Assembly: GCA_014874185.1 (NCBI GenBank)
Contig: JACWAF010000005.1
Location: 18,655 to 82,654, forward strand
Direction of reading: 5' to 3'
Source of the DNA: Nitrospirota bacterium
Lineage (GTDB): Bacteria; Nitrospirota; Thermodesulfovibrionia; Thermodesulfovibrionales; JdFR-88
DNA length: 64,000 nt
Shown: piece by piece, positions 36,519-45,397 of the stretch
Layout of the letters: every line of letters begins with the position of its first letter
How positions within the stretch are numbered: position 1 is the first letter of the stretch
Made by a program: the position numbers and the translations under genes
The notes under the pieces: generated by a model
Told to the model about the DNA's origin: nothing
The model's database searches: none
What the model saw: the letters and a program-made list of their open reading frames with translations, nothing else

Positions 36519-37822
36519 ATACGCTGCTTGAAAGGGAATCACCCCCGATGACGGTTGGATGCGAGATGCACCGGCTCGCGGCCGAGCTTTACCCGTTTGC
36601 GCGCAGCATAACCGGGGACGGCGTAAGGCGCACGCTGGAGACGCTGAAAAGGGAGATGCCCTTAAGCATTTATGAGGTCCCATCGGGCACCCGGGTCTTC
36701 GACTGGACGGTGCCCAGGGAATGGAATATCAGTGACGCATGGATAAAAAATGAAAAAGGCGAAAAGATAGTGGATTTAAAAAACTCGAACCTCCACGTGC
36801 TGAACTACAGTGTCCCCGTGCACGGCAGGTTCACCCTGGACGAACTGAAAGGCCACCTGTTCACATCTGCCGAGCATCCGGACTGGATACCTTACCGGAC
36901 TTCCTATTACAAGGAGGACTGGGGCTTCTGCATGTCCCACAAGGATTACGAGCGGATGGAAGAGGGCCGGTACGAGGTCCTCATCGACAGCGAACTGAAA
37001 CCGGGCTACCTGACTTACGGAGAGTGTTTCGTGGAAGGGCTGACCGGAGAAGAGGTGCTCATATCAACCCACGTCTGCCATCCTTCGCTTGCAAACGATA
37101 ACCTCTCAGGGATAGCGGCATCGGCCTTTCTGGCGAAACAGCTCTCCGGGCTTGACAGCCGCCTTTCATACAGGTTCCTCTTCATTCCGGGCACGATAGG
37201 GGCGATAACGTGGCTTGCCCTGAACGAAAGCAAGATCAGGAAAATCAGGCATTGCCTCGTGCTTGCCTGCCTGGGCGATCCGGGGATGTTCAGTTATAAA
37301 AAATCGCGCTCTGGCAGCTCCCCGATAGACAGGGCGGCGATCAACTGCCTCAGGCACTCGGGAAAGAATTACAGGTTGCAGGAGTTCATCCCCTTCGGCT
37401 ATGACGAGCGGCAGTACAACTCGCCCGGAATAGGAATACAGGCCGGATGCCTTATGCGCACGCCGCACGGGATGTATCCGGAATACCATACCTCGGCGGA
37501 CGACCTTGACCTTATCAGGCCCGAATGCCTTGAGGAGTCGCTGGGCCTGCTGCTGTCGATCATGAAGACCCTGGACGGTGACCTTAAATACATAAACATG
37601 AACCCCAGGTGCGAGCCTCAGCTTGGCAAAAGGGGGCTCTATCCCCCAACCGGCGGACAGGCCGAAAGGAAATCGGCCGAGATGGCGCTCCTCTGGGTGT
37701 TGAACCTCTCGGACGGTGGAAATTCCCTGCTGGATATCTCCGAGAGGTCCGGCCTTCCATTCGAACTTGTAAAAAACGCCGCTTCGGCCCTGGCGGAAAA
37801 AGGACTCCTGGGCGCGGCATGA
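36515..37822 (+). CDS. DUF4910 aminopeptidase-like polysaccharide biosynthesis protein
   Basis: RSITGDGVR.TL, FDWTVP.EW, PYRTSYY...WGFC, H.CHPSLANDNLSG, DERQY, YHTSAD. Confidence 0.85.
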   Translation: MNTLLERESPPMTVGCEMHRLAAELYPFARSITGDGVRRTLETLKREMPLSIYEVPSGTRVFDWTVPREWNISDAWIKNEKGEKIVDLKNSNLHVLNYSVPVHGRFTLDELKGHLFTSAEHPDWIPYRTSYYKEDWGFCMSHKDYERMEEGRYEVLIDSELKPGYLTYGECFVEGLTGEEVLISTHVCHPSLANDNLSGIAASAFLAKQLSGLDSRLSYRFLFIPGTIGAITWLALNESKIRKIRHCLVLACLGDPGMFSYKKSRSGSSPIDRAAINCLRHSGKNYRLQEFIPFGYDERQYNSPGIGIQAGCLMRTPHGMYPEYHTSADDLDLIRPECLEESLGLLLSIMKTLDGDLKYINMNPRCEPQLGKRGLYPPTGGQAERKSAEMALLWVLNLSDGGNSLLDISERSGLPFELVKNAASALAEKGLLGAA

Positions 37823-38544
37823 GCTATTTTTTCGGAAAAACGGCCGTGGTCACCGGCGCCTCAAGCGGGATAGGGCGGGCCATCGCCCTGGCGCTTGCCT
37901 CAAAAGGGGCAACCCTGGCCCTTGCGGGGCGTGATACGGAAAAGCTGAACTCGATAAAAGAAGAGGCCCGCACCGCCACTGAAATATTTTTATACAGGGC
38001 GGACCTGAACTCTGAAGACGATATCAAGGATTTGAAGAAGTCGCTGGAAAAAGACCATAAGAGGATAGACCTCCTGATCCACAGCGCGGGACGTTTCTCG
38101 ATGGGCCGGTTCAGAAGCGCGCCGGTCTCCGAGATGGATGCCATGTACAGGATAAACGTGAGGGCCCCTTATCTGCTGACCCAGGCCCTGCTGCCGATGC
38201 TGGCGGCATCCGGGGGGCAGGTCGTCTTCATGAATTCAAGCGCCGGCCTCACGGCAAGGGAAAACGCGGGCCAGTATGCCGCCACCAAGCACGCCTTGAA
38301 GGCCGTGGCGGACAGCCTGCGGACCGAGGTCAACCGGGACGGGATACGGGTGATAAGCGTTTATCCGGGCCGGACGGCCACGCCCATGCAGGAGGCAGTC
38401 CACAGGGCCGAGGGAAAAGAATACAGGCCGCACCTGCTGATGCAGCCCGAAGACATAGCCATTCTCCTGATGAATGCCCTCTCGCTGCCCCGGACCGCCG
38501 AGGTAACGGATATACATATGCGCCCGCTCACAAAATATCCCTGA
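37819..38544 (+). CDS. Short-chain dehydrogenase/reductase
   Basis: TGASSGIG, YAATK. ATGA coupling at 37819. Confidence 0.88.
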   Translation: MSYFFGKTAVVTGASSGIGRAIALALASKGATLALAGRDTEKLNSIKEEARTATEIFLYRADLNSEDDIKDLKKSLEKDHKRIDLLIHSAGRFSMGRFRSAPVSEMDAMYRINVRAPYLLTQALLPMLAASGGQVVFMNSSAGLTARENAGQYAATKHALKAVADSLRTEVNRDGIRVISVYPGRTATPMQEAVHRAEGKEYRPHLLMQPEDIAILLMNALSLPRTAEVTDIHMRPLTKYP

Positions 38545-38552
38545 GGTGATGA

Positions 38553-39395
38553 ATGCAGGAATTTGCGAAAAACGAGGAGGTCCTTGTGCAAATCCGCCCC
38601 ACTCGCGGTTGGGTCTCGCTGCAGTTGAAACGGCTCTGGGACTACCGCGAGCTTGTTTATTTCCTTACCTGGCGGGACGTAAAGGTGCGCTATAAACAGA
38701 CGGTGCTGGGGGCCTCATGGGCGATTATCCAGCCGCTGTTCACAATGGCGGTCTTCAGCCTTTTTTTTGGAAAGCTGGCCAAGGTGCCATCGGACGGCAT
38801 CCCGTATCCGGTCTTCAGCTATGCGGCGCTCGTCCCGTGGACATTCTTCGCGAACGGGTTGAATATGGCCTCAAACAGCCTTGTCTCAAGCGCGAACCTT
38901 ATAAAAAAGGTCTATTTCCCCCGCCTGGCCATGCCGCTGGCAACCGTGCTGAGCGGGGGGGTGGATTTCGTTCTGGCCTTCGCGGTGCTGGTCGGGATGA
39001 TCTATTTCTTCGGCATGGGGATAACCGCAAACGTGGTGTATCTTCCCTTTTTCCTCATGCTCACCTTCTGCACCTCGCTTGGGGTCTCGCTCTGGCTTTC
39101 GGCCATGAACGTGCAGTTCAGGGACATCAGGTACATAATACCGTTTTTGACCCAGCTTTGGATGTTCGCAACGCCGATAGCCTATCCGAGCGCCCTTCTT
39201 TCGGACCGGTGGCGGACGGTTTACGCCCTGAACCCGATGGTGGGCGTGGTGGAGGGGTTCCGGTGGGCCCTTCTGGGCACGAATACCGCGCCTGGGCCGA
39301 TGGTCATCGTTTCGACGGGGGCAAGCCTCCTTCTGCTTTTAACCGGCTCCTTCTACTTCCGCCGCATGGAGCGCACTTTCGCTGACGTGGTATAG
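38553..39395 (+). CDS. wzm: Polysaccharide ABC transporter permease
   Basis: RDVKVRYKQT.LG, KKVYFPR, FRD, NPM, six TM segments. Confidence 0.9.
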   Translation: MQEFAKNEEVLVQIRPTRGWVSLQLKRLWDYRELVYFLTWRDVKVRYKQTVLGASWAIIQPLFTMAVFSLFFGKLAKVPSDGIPYPVFSYAALVPWTFFANGLNMASNSLVSSANLIKKVYFPRLAMPLATVLSGGVDFVLAFAVLVGMIYFFGMGITANVVYLPFFLMLTFCTSLGVSLWLSAMNVQFRDIRYIIPFLTQLWMFATPIAYPSALLSDRWRTVYALNPMVGVVEGFRWALLGTNTAPGPMVIVSTGASLLLLLTGSFYFRRMERTFADVV

Positions 39396-39399
39396 GGAC

Positions 39400-40737
39400 A
39401 TGGGCACCGCTATTCTGGCAGAAAACCTTGGCAAGGAATACAGGATCGGGGGAAGGCAGGAGGGCTATAAGACCTTCCGCGAGGCCGTCGTGGAGACATG
39501 CATCTCCCCTTTCAGGAGGGCCAGGAATCTGATAATGGGAGATGCATCCGGCGCGTCCGGCCTCAAGGAGACCATCTGGGCCCTGAAGGACGTCTCGTTC
39601 GAGATCAGGCAGGGAGACATCGTGGGAATAATCGGCAGGAACGGCTCCGGGAAAAGCACGCTCCTGAAGATACTCTCCCAAATTACGGAGCCCACCTCCG
39701 GCTATGCCGAGGTGCGCGGCAGGGTAGGGTCTCTCCTGGAGGTGGGGACGGGGTTCCATCCCGAACTTACGGGCAGGGAGAACATTTACCTGAGCGGGGC
39801 CATCCTGGGCATGAGGAAGCGCGAGATCGTGAAGAAGTTCGAGGAGATAGTGGCCTTTGCGGAGATAGACAAGTTCATCGATACGCCCGTGAAGCACTAT
39901 TCAAGCGGCATGTACCTGCGGCTTGCCTTTGCCGTGGCCGCCCATCTGGAGCCCGAGATACTCCTTGTTGACGAGGTGCTTGCGGTGGGCGACGCGCGGT
40001 TCCAAAAGAAATGCATGAACAAGATGCAGGACGTGGGGCAGGAGGGCAGGACCGTACTCTTCGTCTCCCATAACATGCCCGCCGTAACCAGGCTGTGCAG
40101 GAATGCGGTCCTCCTTGAGGAGGGCCGCATATTGCAGATCGGGCCCTCCCATAAAGTGGTGAGCGCCTATCTCAGTTCGGACGCTGGCACCACGGCGGCG
40201 CGCGAATGGGAGGAGAAGAGGGCCCCAGGCGGCGAGATCGCCCGTTTAAGGGCCGTCCGAGTGCGTTCTGAAAACGGGGAGACAACGGACAAGGTGGACA
40301 TCCGCGAGCCGGTCAGGATAGAGATGGAATACGATGTGCTGAAGCCGGGCTGCAGGCTGCTGCCGGTTTTTTATTTTCATAATGAAGAAGGCATCCTGGT
40401 TTTTGAATCCAATGATATGGACCCGGCGTGGAGAAAAAAGCCCCGTCCCGCCGGACACTGGAAGAGCACGGTATATATCCCGGCGGATTTCATGGCCGAG
40501 GGAATCGTATATGTAGGGGCGGCGATGGTAACGCTGGATCCCGTTCTGGGACAGTTCGATGAGCACGATGCGGTCGCGTTCCAGGTTTATGACGGAAATA
40601 CCGGAGACTCCGCCCGCGGCGAGTGGCCCGGCGAGATTGCCTCGGCAGTGATGCCCCTCTTCAAATGGCGCACGGAACATGAACAGGGCCATGCAATGAC
40701 GGAAGCCTCAGGGGCCGGAAGAGCGGGGGCCAGATGA
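39400..40737 (+). CDS. wzt: Polysaccharide ABC transporter ATPase with C-terminal Wzt_C domain
   Basis: GRNGSGKST, YSSGM, DEVLAVGD, and a C-terminal extension of about 180 aa. Confidence 0.9.
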   Translation: MGTAILAENLGKEYRIGGRQEGYKTFREAVVETCISPFRRARNLIMGDASGASGLKETIWALKDVSFEIRQGDIVGIIGRNGSGKSTLLKILSQITEPTSGYAEVRGRVGSLLEVGTGFHPELTGRENIYLSGAILGMRKREIVKKFEEIVAFAEIDKFIDTPVKHYSSGMYLRLAFAVAAHLEPEILLVDEVLAVGDARFQKKCMNKMQDVGQEGRTVLFVSHNMPAVTRLCRNAVLLEEGRILQIGPSHKVVSAYLSSDAGTTAAREWEEKRAPGGEIARLRAVRVRSENGETTDKVDIREPVRIEMEYDVLKPGCRLLPVFYFHNEEGILVFESNDMDPAWRKKPRPAGHWKSTVYIPADFMAEGIVYVGAAMVTLDPVLGQFDEHDAVAFQVYDGNTGDSARGEWPGEIASAVMPLFKWRTEHEQGHAMTEASGAGRAGAR

Positions 40738-42047
40738 GGAACTCTCTTTTGGACCTGATGAAATGCCCCTTCTGCGGGGGGCGGTTCAACCGGACCGTTA
40801 TGGATGGCGCCGCGGGGGAAACCGAATACGGGCTTCTTGAATGCTACTGCGGCAAATACCCGGTAATAGCGGGAATTCCCGTGCTGAAAAAAGACCCTTC
40901 CGGGGAGCTGGACAGGATAGTAAGGATTTTAGAGTCCGGGCGGCACAGGGAAGCCCTCCTGGAGATGATCACGCCCGCGGAACTTAAACAAAAGCCCCAG
41001 GCAGCCGCAAGAAGGATCTTTAACCTGGTTCGGGCCGGCATCCATGGCGATCCCGCTAAAAGATGGAAGGCCCGTGCCTCCGAACTGCTATGGAGCGGTT
41101 CAGGCCGCCTCACGGCGTGCGATCTTCTGAGCTTCTATTTCAGGGACAAGGATATTTTCTACTATTTCGCGTATCGCCAAAGCCAGCCGCGCTATCTTGT
41201 GGGCCTGTCTTTTGCAAGCCTGGTGAAGGGGGCGGGGCCGGTCCTTGACCTTGCCTGCGGCTGCGGACACCTGACCGGATATCTCGCCAAAAACTCAGGC
41301 CGGGATGTGGCCGGAATAGACGAATTCTTTTTTGGCCTCTATATGGCAAAACACTGGATCGCACCGGCAGCGGAATATGTCTGCTGCAGGGCGGACTCCA
41401 CCCTCCCGTTCTCCGGCGGGGCGTTCTCATCCGTGTTCTGCTCGGACGCCTTCCATTATTTCGGGAACAAGGCCGGCGCCGTGCGCGAGATGAAAAGGCT
41501 TTTAACCGGAAAAGGGCTGATGCTTTTTGCGTGGGTTCACAACGCCCTCCGCAGGCGCGCATATGACGGCAGCCCGCTCCCGCCGGCAGGCTACGCATCC
41601 CTGTTTGAAGGCATGAATTACTCGATTGTATCAGCAAACGATGTGCTGGAGAGGTACTTGCGGAAGAAGGCCCCGGCTCTCCTCAGGTTTCCGGGCGCTT
41701 CGGTTGAAAACGAGCCGCTCCTATGCATGGCGGCAAGCACGGGAAGGGAGATCGAGGGCGACTACGGCGAATTCGAGGAATGGCCGCATGCCCAGGGGGA
41801 CCTGGGCCTCAATCCCATTTATTCAAAAAACGCCCGGCTTAACGGGAGAATGCATCTGCGCCGCAGCTTCCCAAGCGCCGGTTATGAGCGGGAGCACCCC
41901 GAGTCCAAAAGATATCTTCCGGAAGAGATCGAGATAAGGCCCCAAGCCCTGTCGGATTTGAAAGAAGGCAGGCGGACGGCGGAGATAAACAAGCTGATCG
42001 GCGATTTTGCCGTAACGGCAATGCCGAGACGGTATATGGAATGGTAG
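40734..42047 (+). CDS. SAM-dependent methyltransferase with N-terminal Trm112-like zinc ribbon
   Basis: CPFC...C.C..YPVIAGIP, VLDLACGCG, LPF...F..V. Confidence 0.75.
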   Translation: MRNSLLDLMKCPFCGGRFNRTVMDGAAGETEYGLLECYCGKYPVIAGIPVLKKDPSGELDRIVRILESGRHREALLEMITPAELKQKPQAAARRIFNLVRAGIHGDPAKRWKARASELLWSGSGRLTACDLLSFYFRDKDIFYYFAYRQSQPRYLVGLSFASLVKGAGPVLDLACGCGHLTGYLAKNSGRDVAGIDEFFFGLYMAKHWIAPAAEYVCCRADSTLPFSGGAFSSVFCSDAFHYFGNKAGAVREMKRLLTGKGLMLFAWVHNALRRRAYDGSPLPPAGYASLFEGMNYSIVSANDVLERYLRKKAPALLRFPGASVENEPLLCMAASTGREIEGDYGEFEEWPHAQGDLGLNPIYSKNARLNGRMHLRRSFPSAGYEREHPESKRYLPEEIEIRPQALSDLKEGRRTAEINKLIGDFAVTAMPRRYMEW

Positions 42048-42847
42048 GAGGGGCCCTGAAATCCGTCATTGTCGCCGCCCATCCCGACGACGAGGCGCTC
42101 TGGTTCAGCTCAATACTGAACGAGACGCGCGATATCACGATATGTTTTCTGGGCATCAAGTCAGACCCGGCCCGCACCAGCGGAAGAGAACGGGTCCTTT
42201 CGGCCCATCCGCATGAAAACCTGAGGGCGCTGGCAATCCGGGAGGCGGGCGTTTTCGGGAGGGCCGACTGGAACTCGCCGTCCGAGACCGGGTATGGGCT
42301 CCTGCTCTCAGACAGAAACAGCCCTTCCGATATCACCTATAAACAGAACTTCTACAAATTGAAAATGGTTTTAAGGGAAAGGCTCGCCGGGTTCGAGCGC
42401 GTCTTCACCCATGGCCCCTGGGGCGAATACGGAAACGAAGAACACGTGCAGGTCTACAGGGCCGTTTCCGCGCTTCAAAAAGAGCTTGGTTATCAGGTCT
42501 GGTTTCCAGGCTATTACTCCCAGAGGTCGTCCTTCCTATTTTTGAAATACCTTCCGGCCCTGGACAATGAATACATCCTTGCGGAAACGGACCGGGGCAT
42601 GGCGGAAACCCTGAAGGGGCTCTATGTTGAAAACGGAGCCTGGACCTGGTTTCCAGGATGGAAATGGCCCGAAAGGGAGAGTTTTCTCAGGCTGGCCCCG
42701 GAAGCTCATCCCGAAGACAAGCCGCATGACGCGGAAGGCGCCCTCTTCCCTCTGAACTTCATAAACTTCGGGCTCCCACTGAAAAAGAAAGAACCGGCGG
42801 GGCAGGCCCTGCTTAGGCTGGGAAGGGCCTGCTTCCCTCATCAATAA
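42041..42847 (+). CDS. PIG-L/LmbE-like deacetylase
   Basis: AHPDDE, THGPWGEYG...H. Confidence 0.7.
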   Translation: MVGGALKSVIVAAHPDDEALWFSSILNETRDITICFLGIKSDPARTSGRERVLSAHPHENLRALAIREAGVFGRADWNSPSETGYGLLLSDRNSPSDITYKQNFYKLKMVLRERLAGFERVFTHGPWGEYGNEEHVQVYRAVSALQKELGYQVWFPGYYSQRSSFLFLKYLPALDNEYILAETDRGMAETLKGLYVENGAWTWFPGWKWPERESFLRLAPEAHPEDKPHDAEGALFPLNFINFGLPLKKKEPAGQALLRLGRACFPHQ

Positions 42848-44082
42848 TGAAAGTGGCGAACCTCCTTTACAGCGATTACACCGTATGCGGAGGGGCTGGA
42901 ATCATGATGCTCCGGCAGCATGAGGCCCTGCGGTCGCTGGGTGTGGACTCGCATATCCTCTGCCGCGTGAAGACGGTCAACTCGCCGCAGGTGCATGAGA
43001 TCAAAATATCAAAGAACATGAAGAGGCTGGAATACGTGCTGATGCAGGCCGCGCGCAGGCTTGGGTTCAACGACCTGCACTGCCTCAGTTCCTACTCGAT
43101 CGGCGATGAGGAAGTGATCGAATCCGCCGATGTTGTCCATATACATGGGATACACGGAAATTTCTTTTCCTATCTTGCGCTTCCCGCGCTCACAAAAAAA
43201 AAGCCCACCCTCTTCAGTCTGCACGACATGTGGTGCTTTACCGGGCATTGCGCATCGAGCTACGACTGCGAAAGATGGAAGACCGGATGCGGAAACTGCC
43301 CATATCCGCAGATACACCCGCCGGTGAGAAGAGATACCACCCGGCTTGTCTGGAAGCTGAAAAAACGGGCCTTCGAAAACTCCCCTTTTGAAATAGCGGT
43401 GCCAAGCAGGAAGATGCTGGAACAGGTGGAAGAAAGCACGCTGAAAGGCAGGAAGGTCCATTACGTGCCCTTGGCGGTGGACACGGAAATATACAGGCCC
43501 ACTCACGATTGGGGGCTGAAACAGCTCCTGGGCATCGGGGAAAAGAAAAAAGTGGTCCTCTTCTGCACGAACGACATGAAAAACCATTACAAGGGGGGCG
43601 ACCTTCTGCTGAAGGCGCTTGCCGGGATGAGCGAACCGCTCAAAAGGAAGCTCCATCTCCTGATACTTGGAAAAGGCGGGCAGGGCTTTGCCGAAGGCAC
43701 CGGGATTGAGGCGATGGACCTGGGCTACATAAGCAACGAGCGGCTCAAGGCCGCCATCTATTCGCTGGCGGACGTCTTTGTCCACCCGACCCGCTCGGAC
43801 AATTTCCCGCTTGTCATCCTCGAAAGCCTGGCGTGCGGCACCCCGGTGGTCTCTTTCATGGTGGGCGGCATACCGGACATGGTGCGCCCCGGCCTGACGG
43901 GGTATCTGGCCCGTTTCGAGGACGTCGGGGATTTCGCGAACGGGATGACCTGTCTTTTGGAAGACGATTCACTGCTTGACCGGATGAGGGACAACTGCAG
44001 GGAAACAGCAGTGAAAGAGTATGACCTCAGATCGTATTCAAAAAAACTGATAGATATATACGGCGGCATTTCCGCAAATTAG
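42847..44082 (+). CDS. Glycosyltransferase family 4 (WcaC-like)
   Basis: LHDMW.FTGHC, KG, DNFPLVILESLACGTPVV. Confidence 0.88.
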   Translation: MKVANLLYSDYTVCGGAGIMMLRQHEALRSLGVDSHILCRVKTVNSPQVHEIKISKNMKRLEYVLMQAARRLGFNDLHCLSSYSIGDEEVIESADVVHIHGIHGNFFSYLALPALTKKKPTLFSLHDMWCFTGHCASSYDCERWKTGCGNCPYPQIHPPVRRDTTRLVWKLKKRAFENSPFEIAVPSRKMLEQVEESTLKGRKVHYVPLAVDTEIYRPTHDWGLKQLLGIGEKKKVVLFCTNDMKNHYKGGDLLLKALAGMSEPLKRKLHLLILGKGGQGFAEGTGIEAMDLGYISNERLKAAIYSLADVFVHPTRSDNFPLVILESLACGTPVVSFMVGGIPDMVRPGLTGYLARFEDVGDFANGMTCLLEDDSLLDRMRDNCRETAVKEYDLRSYSKKLIDIYGGISAN

Positions 44083-44105
44083 CACCCGTCCATTCAGGAG
44101 GCAAA

Positions 44106-45332
44106 ATGAGACCACGCAAGACGGTTCTGAAAACGCTCTTCCTTATTCTGATGGCGATTTGCCTTGGCGCGGGCACATCCTGGGCCGTAATAGGCAGCTG
44201 CGATTCCCCGGCCCGCATAATGCCGCTTGGCGACTCGATCACGCAGGGCGTTCAGGTCGACAACACGCCTGATTCGCTTCTGGTCGGCTATAGGCAGCCC
44301 TTGTATCTTTCTCTTACGCAGAATAACCGGCACAAAGTCGATTTCGTAGGCTCTTTGCAGAACGGGTGTTCGGCCACCCCGTATTTCGATTGCGCCCATG
44401 AGGGACACCCTGGCTTTTTGAGCGGCCAGATTGCCCAGAACGTATACAGCTGGCTGCAGTTGAACCCGGCGGATATCGTTCTTCTGCATATAGGCACCAA
44501 CGACCTTATGGTCAAACCGGCCGGTGAGGATTACCTCTCCGCTGACAATATCTCGAAGATACTGGACGAGATATACCGCTATAACCCGAAGATACTGGTC
44601 GTGCTTGCCCAGATAATCAATTGGCAGACCTATAACCCCGATGTAGCCACTTTCAACCAGAACATCGCGGATATGGCTCTGGCCAGGATACAGAACGGCG
44701 ACGATCTGATCCTCGTGAATATGGAAAATGCGCTCAGTTATCCGGATGACATGGCCAGTCTGCTCCATCCCGACCAGACCGGCTATAAAAAGATGGCGCA
44801 GGTATGGTTCAATGCGCTGGACAATGTCCTTCCGTTCTGCGGGAATGAACCGCCCACGAAGCCGCAGCTGGTCGCGCCGGAAGACAACCAGACCGGCGTG
44901 GGCAAAAACGTCACCTTCGAATGGAACAGGTCAACCGACCCCGATGGCGGCAAAGTCAATTACAGCCTTTACTATTGCGAAAGCCCTGATTTCGCGAACT
45001 GCCCCCCATTGAACATAACCGCACAGCAGGCGCGTCTCCGGAACACGAAGGGCTATGGTGCAGGCCTGCTGTTATTGGCGGCCGTTCTGGCTTTTCGGGC
45101 AAGGCGCAAAAAGAGGCTGGCCCTGCTTGTGTTCATCCCGCTCATCACGGGCTTGTTGTTGGTCTCCTGCAGCGGGGGAGGGGGGACCGCTCAGACCCAG
45201 CCGCCCCCATTTGACGGGCTCTCCTATACGGCTGGCCTCAATCCGGGCACGACTTATTACTGGAAGGTGGCGGCCGTTGATTCAAACGGCGCGTCTTCGG
45301 AAAGCGGCGTCTGGTCTTTCAAGACGAAATAA
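44106..45332 (+). CDS. Exported SGNH/GDSL hydrolase with split Fn3-like C-terminal domain
   Basis: Signal peptide, IMPLGDSIT, HEG..G, IGTND, LHP...GY.KMA. C-terminal module shared with the next gene. Confidence 0.82.
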   Translation: MRPRKTVLKTLFLILMAICLGAGTSWAVIGSCDSPARIMPLGDSITQGVQVDNTPDSLLVGYRQPLYLSLTQNNRHKVDFVGSLQNGCSATPYFDCAHEGHPGFLSGQIAQNVYSWLQLNPADIVLLHIGTNDLMVKPAGEDYLSADNISKILDEIYRYNPKILVVLAQIINWQTYNPDVATFNQNIADMALARIQNGDDLILVNMENALSYPDDMASLLHPDQTGYKKMAQVWFNALDNVLPFCGNEPPTKPQLVAPEDNQTGVGKNVTFEWNRSTDPDGGKVNYSLYYCESPDFANCPPLNITAQQARLRNTKGYGAGLLLLAAVLAFRARRKKRLALLVFIPLITGLLLVSCSGGGGTAQTQPPPFDGLSYTAGLNPGTTYYWKVAAVDSNGASSESGVWSFKTK

Positions 45333-45397
45333 ACAAGCTCACAAGGGTCTTGCGCAATGGCTATTCAGTCGTAATAACTTCAACGAAGGAGGAGAAT

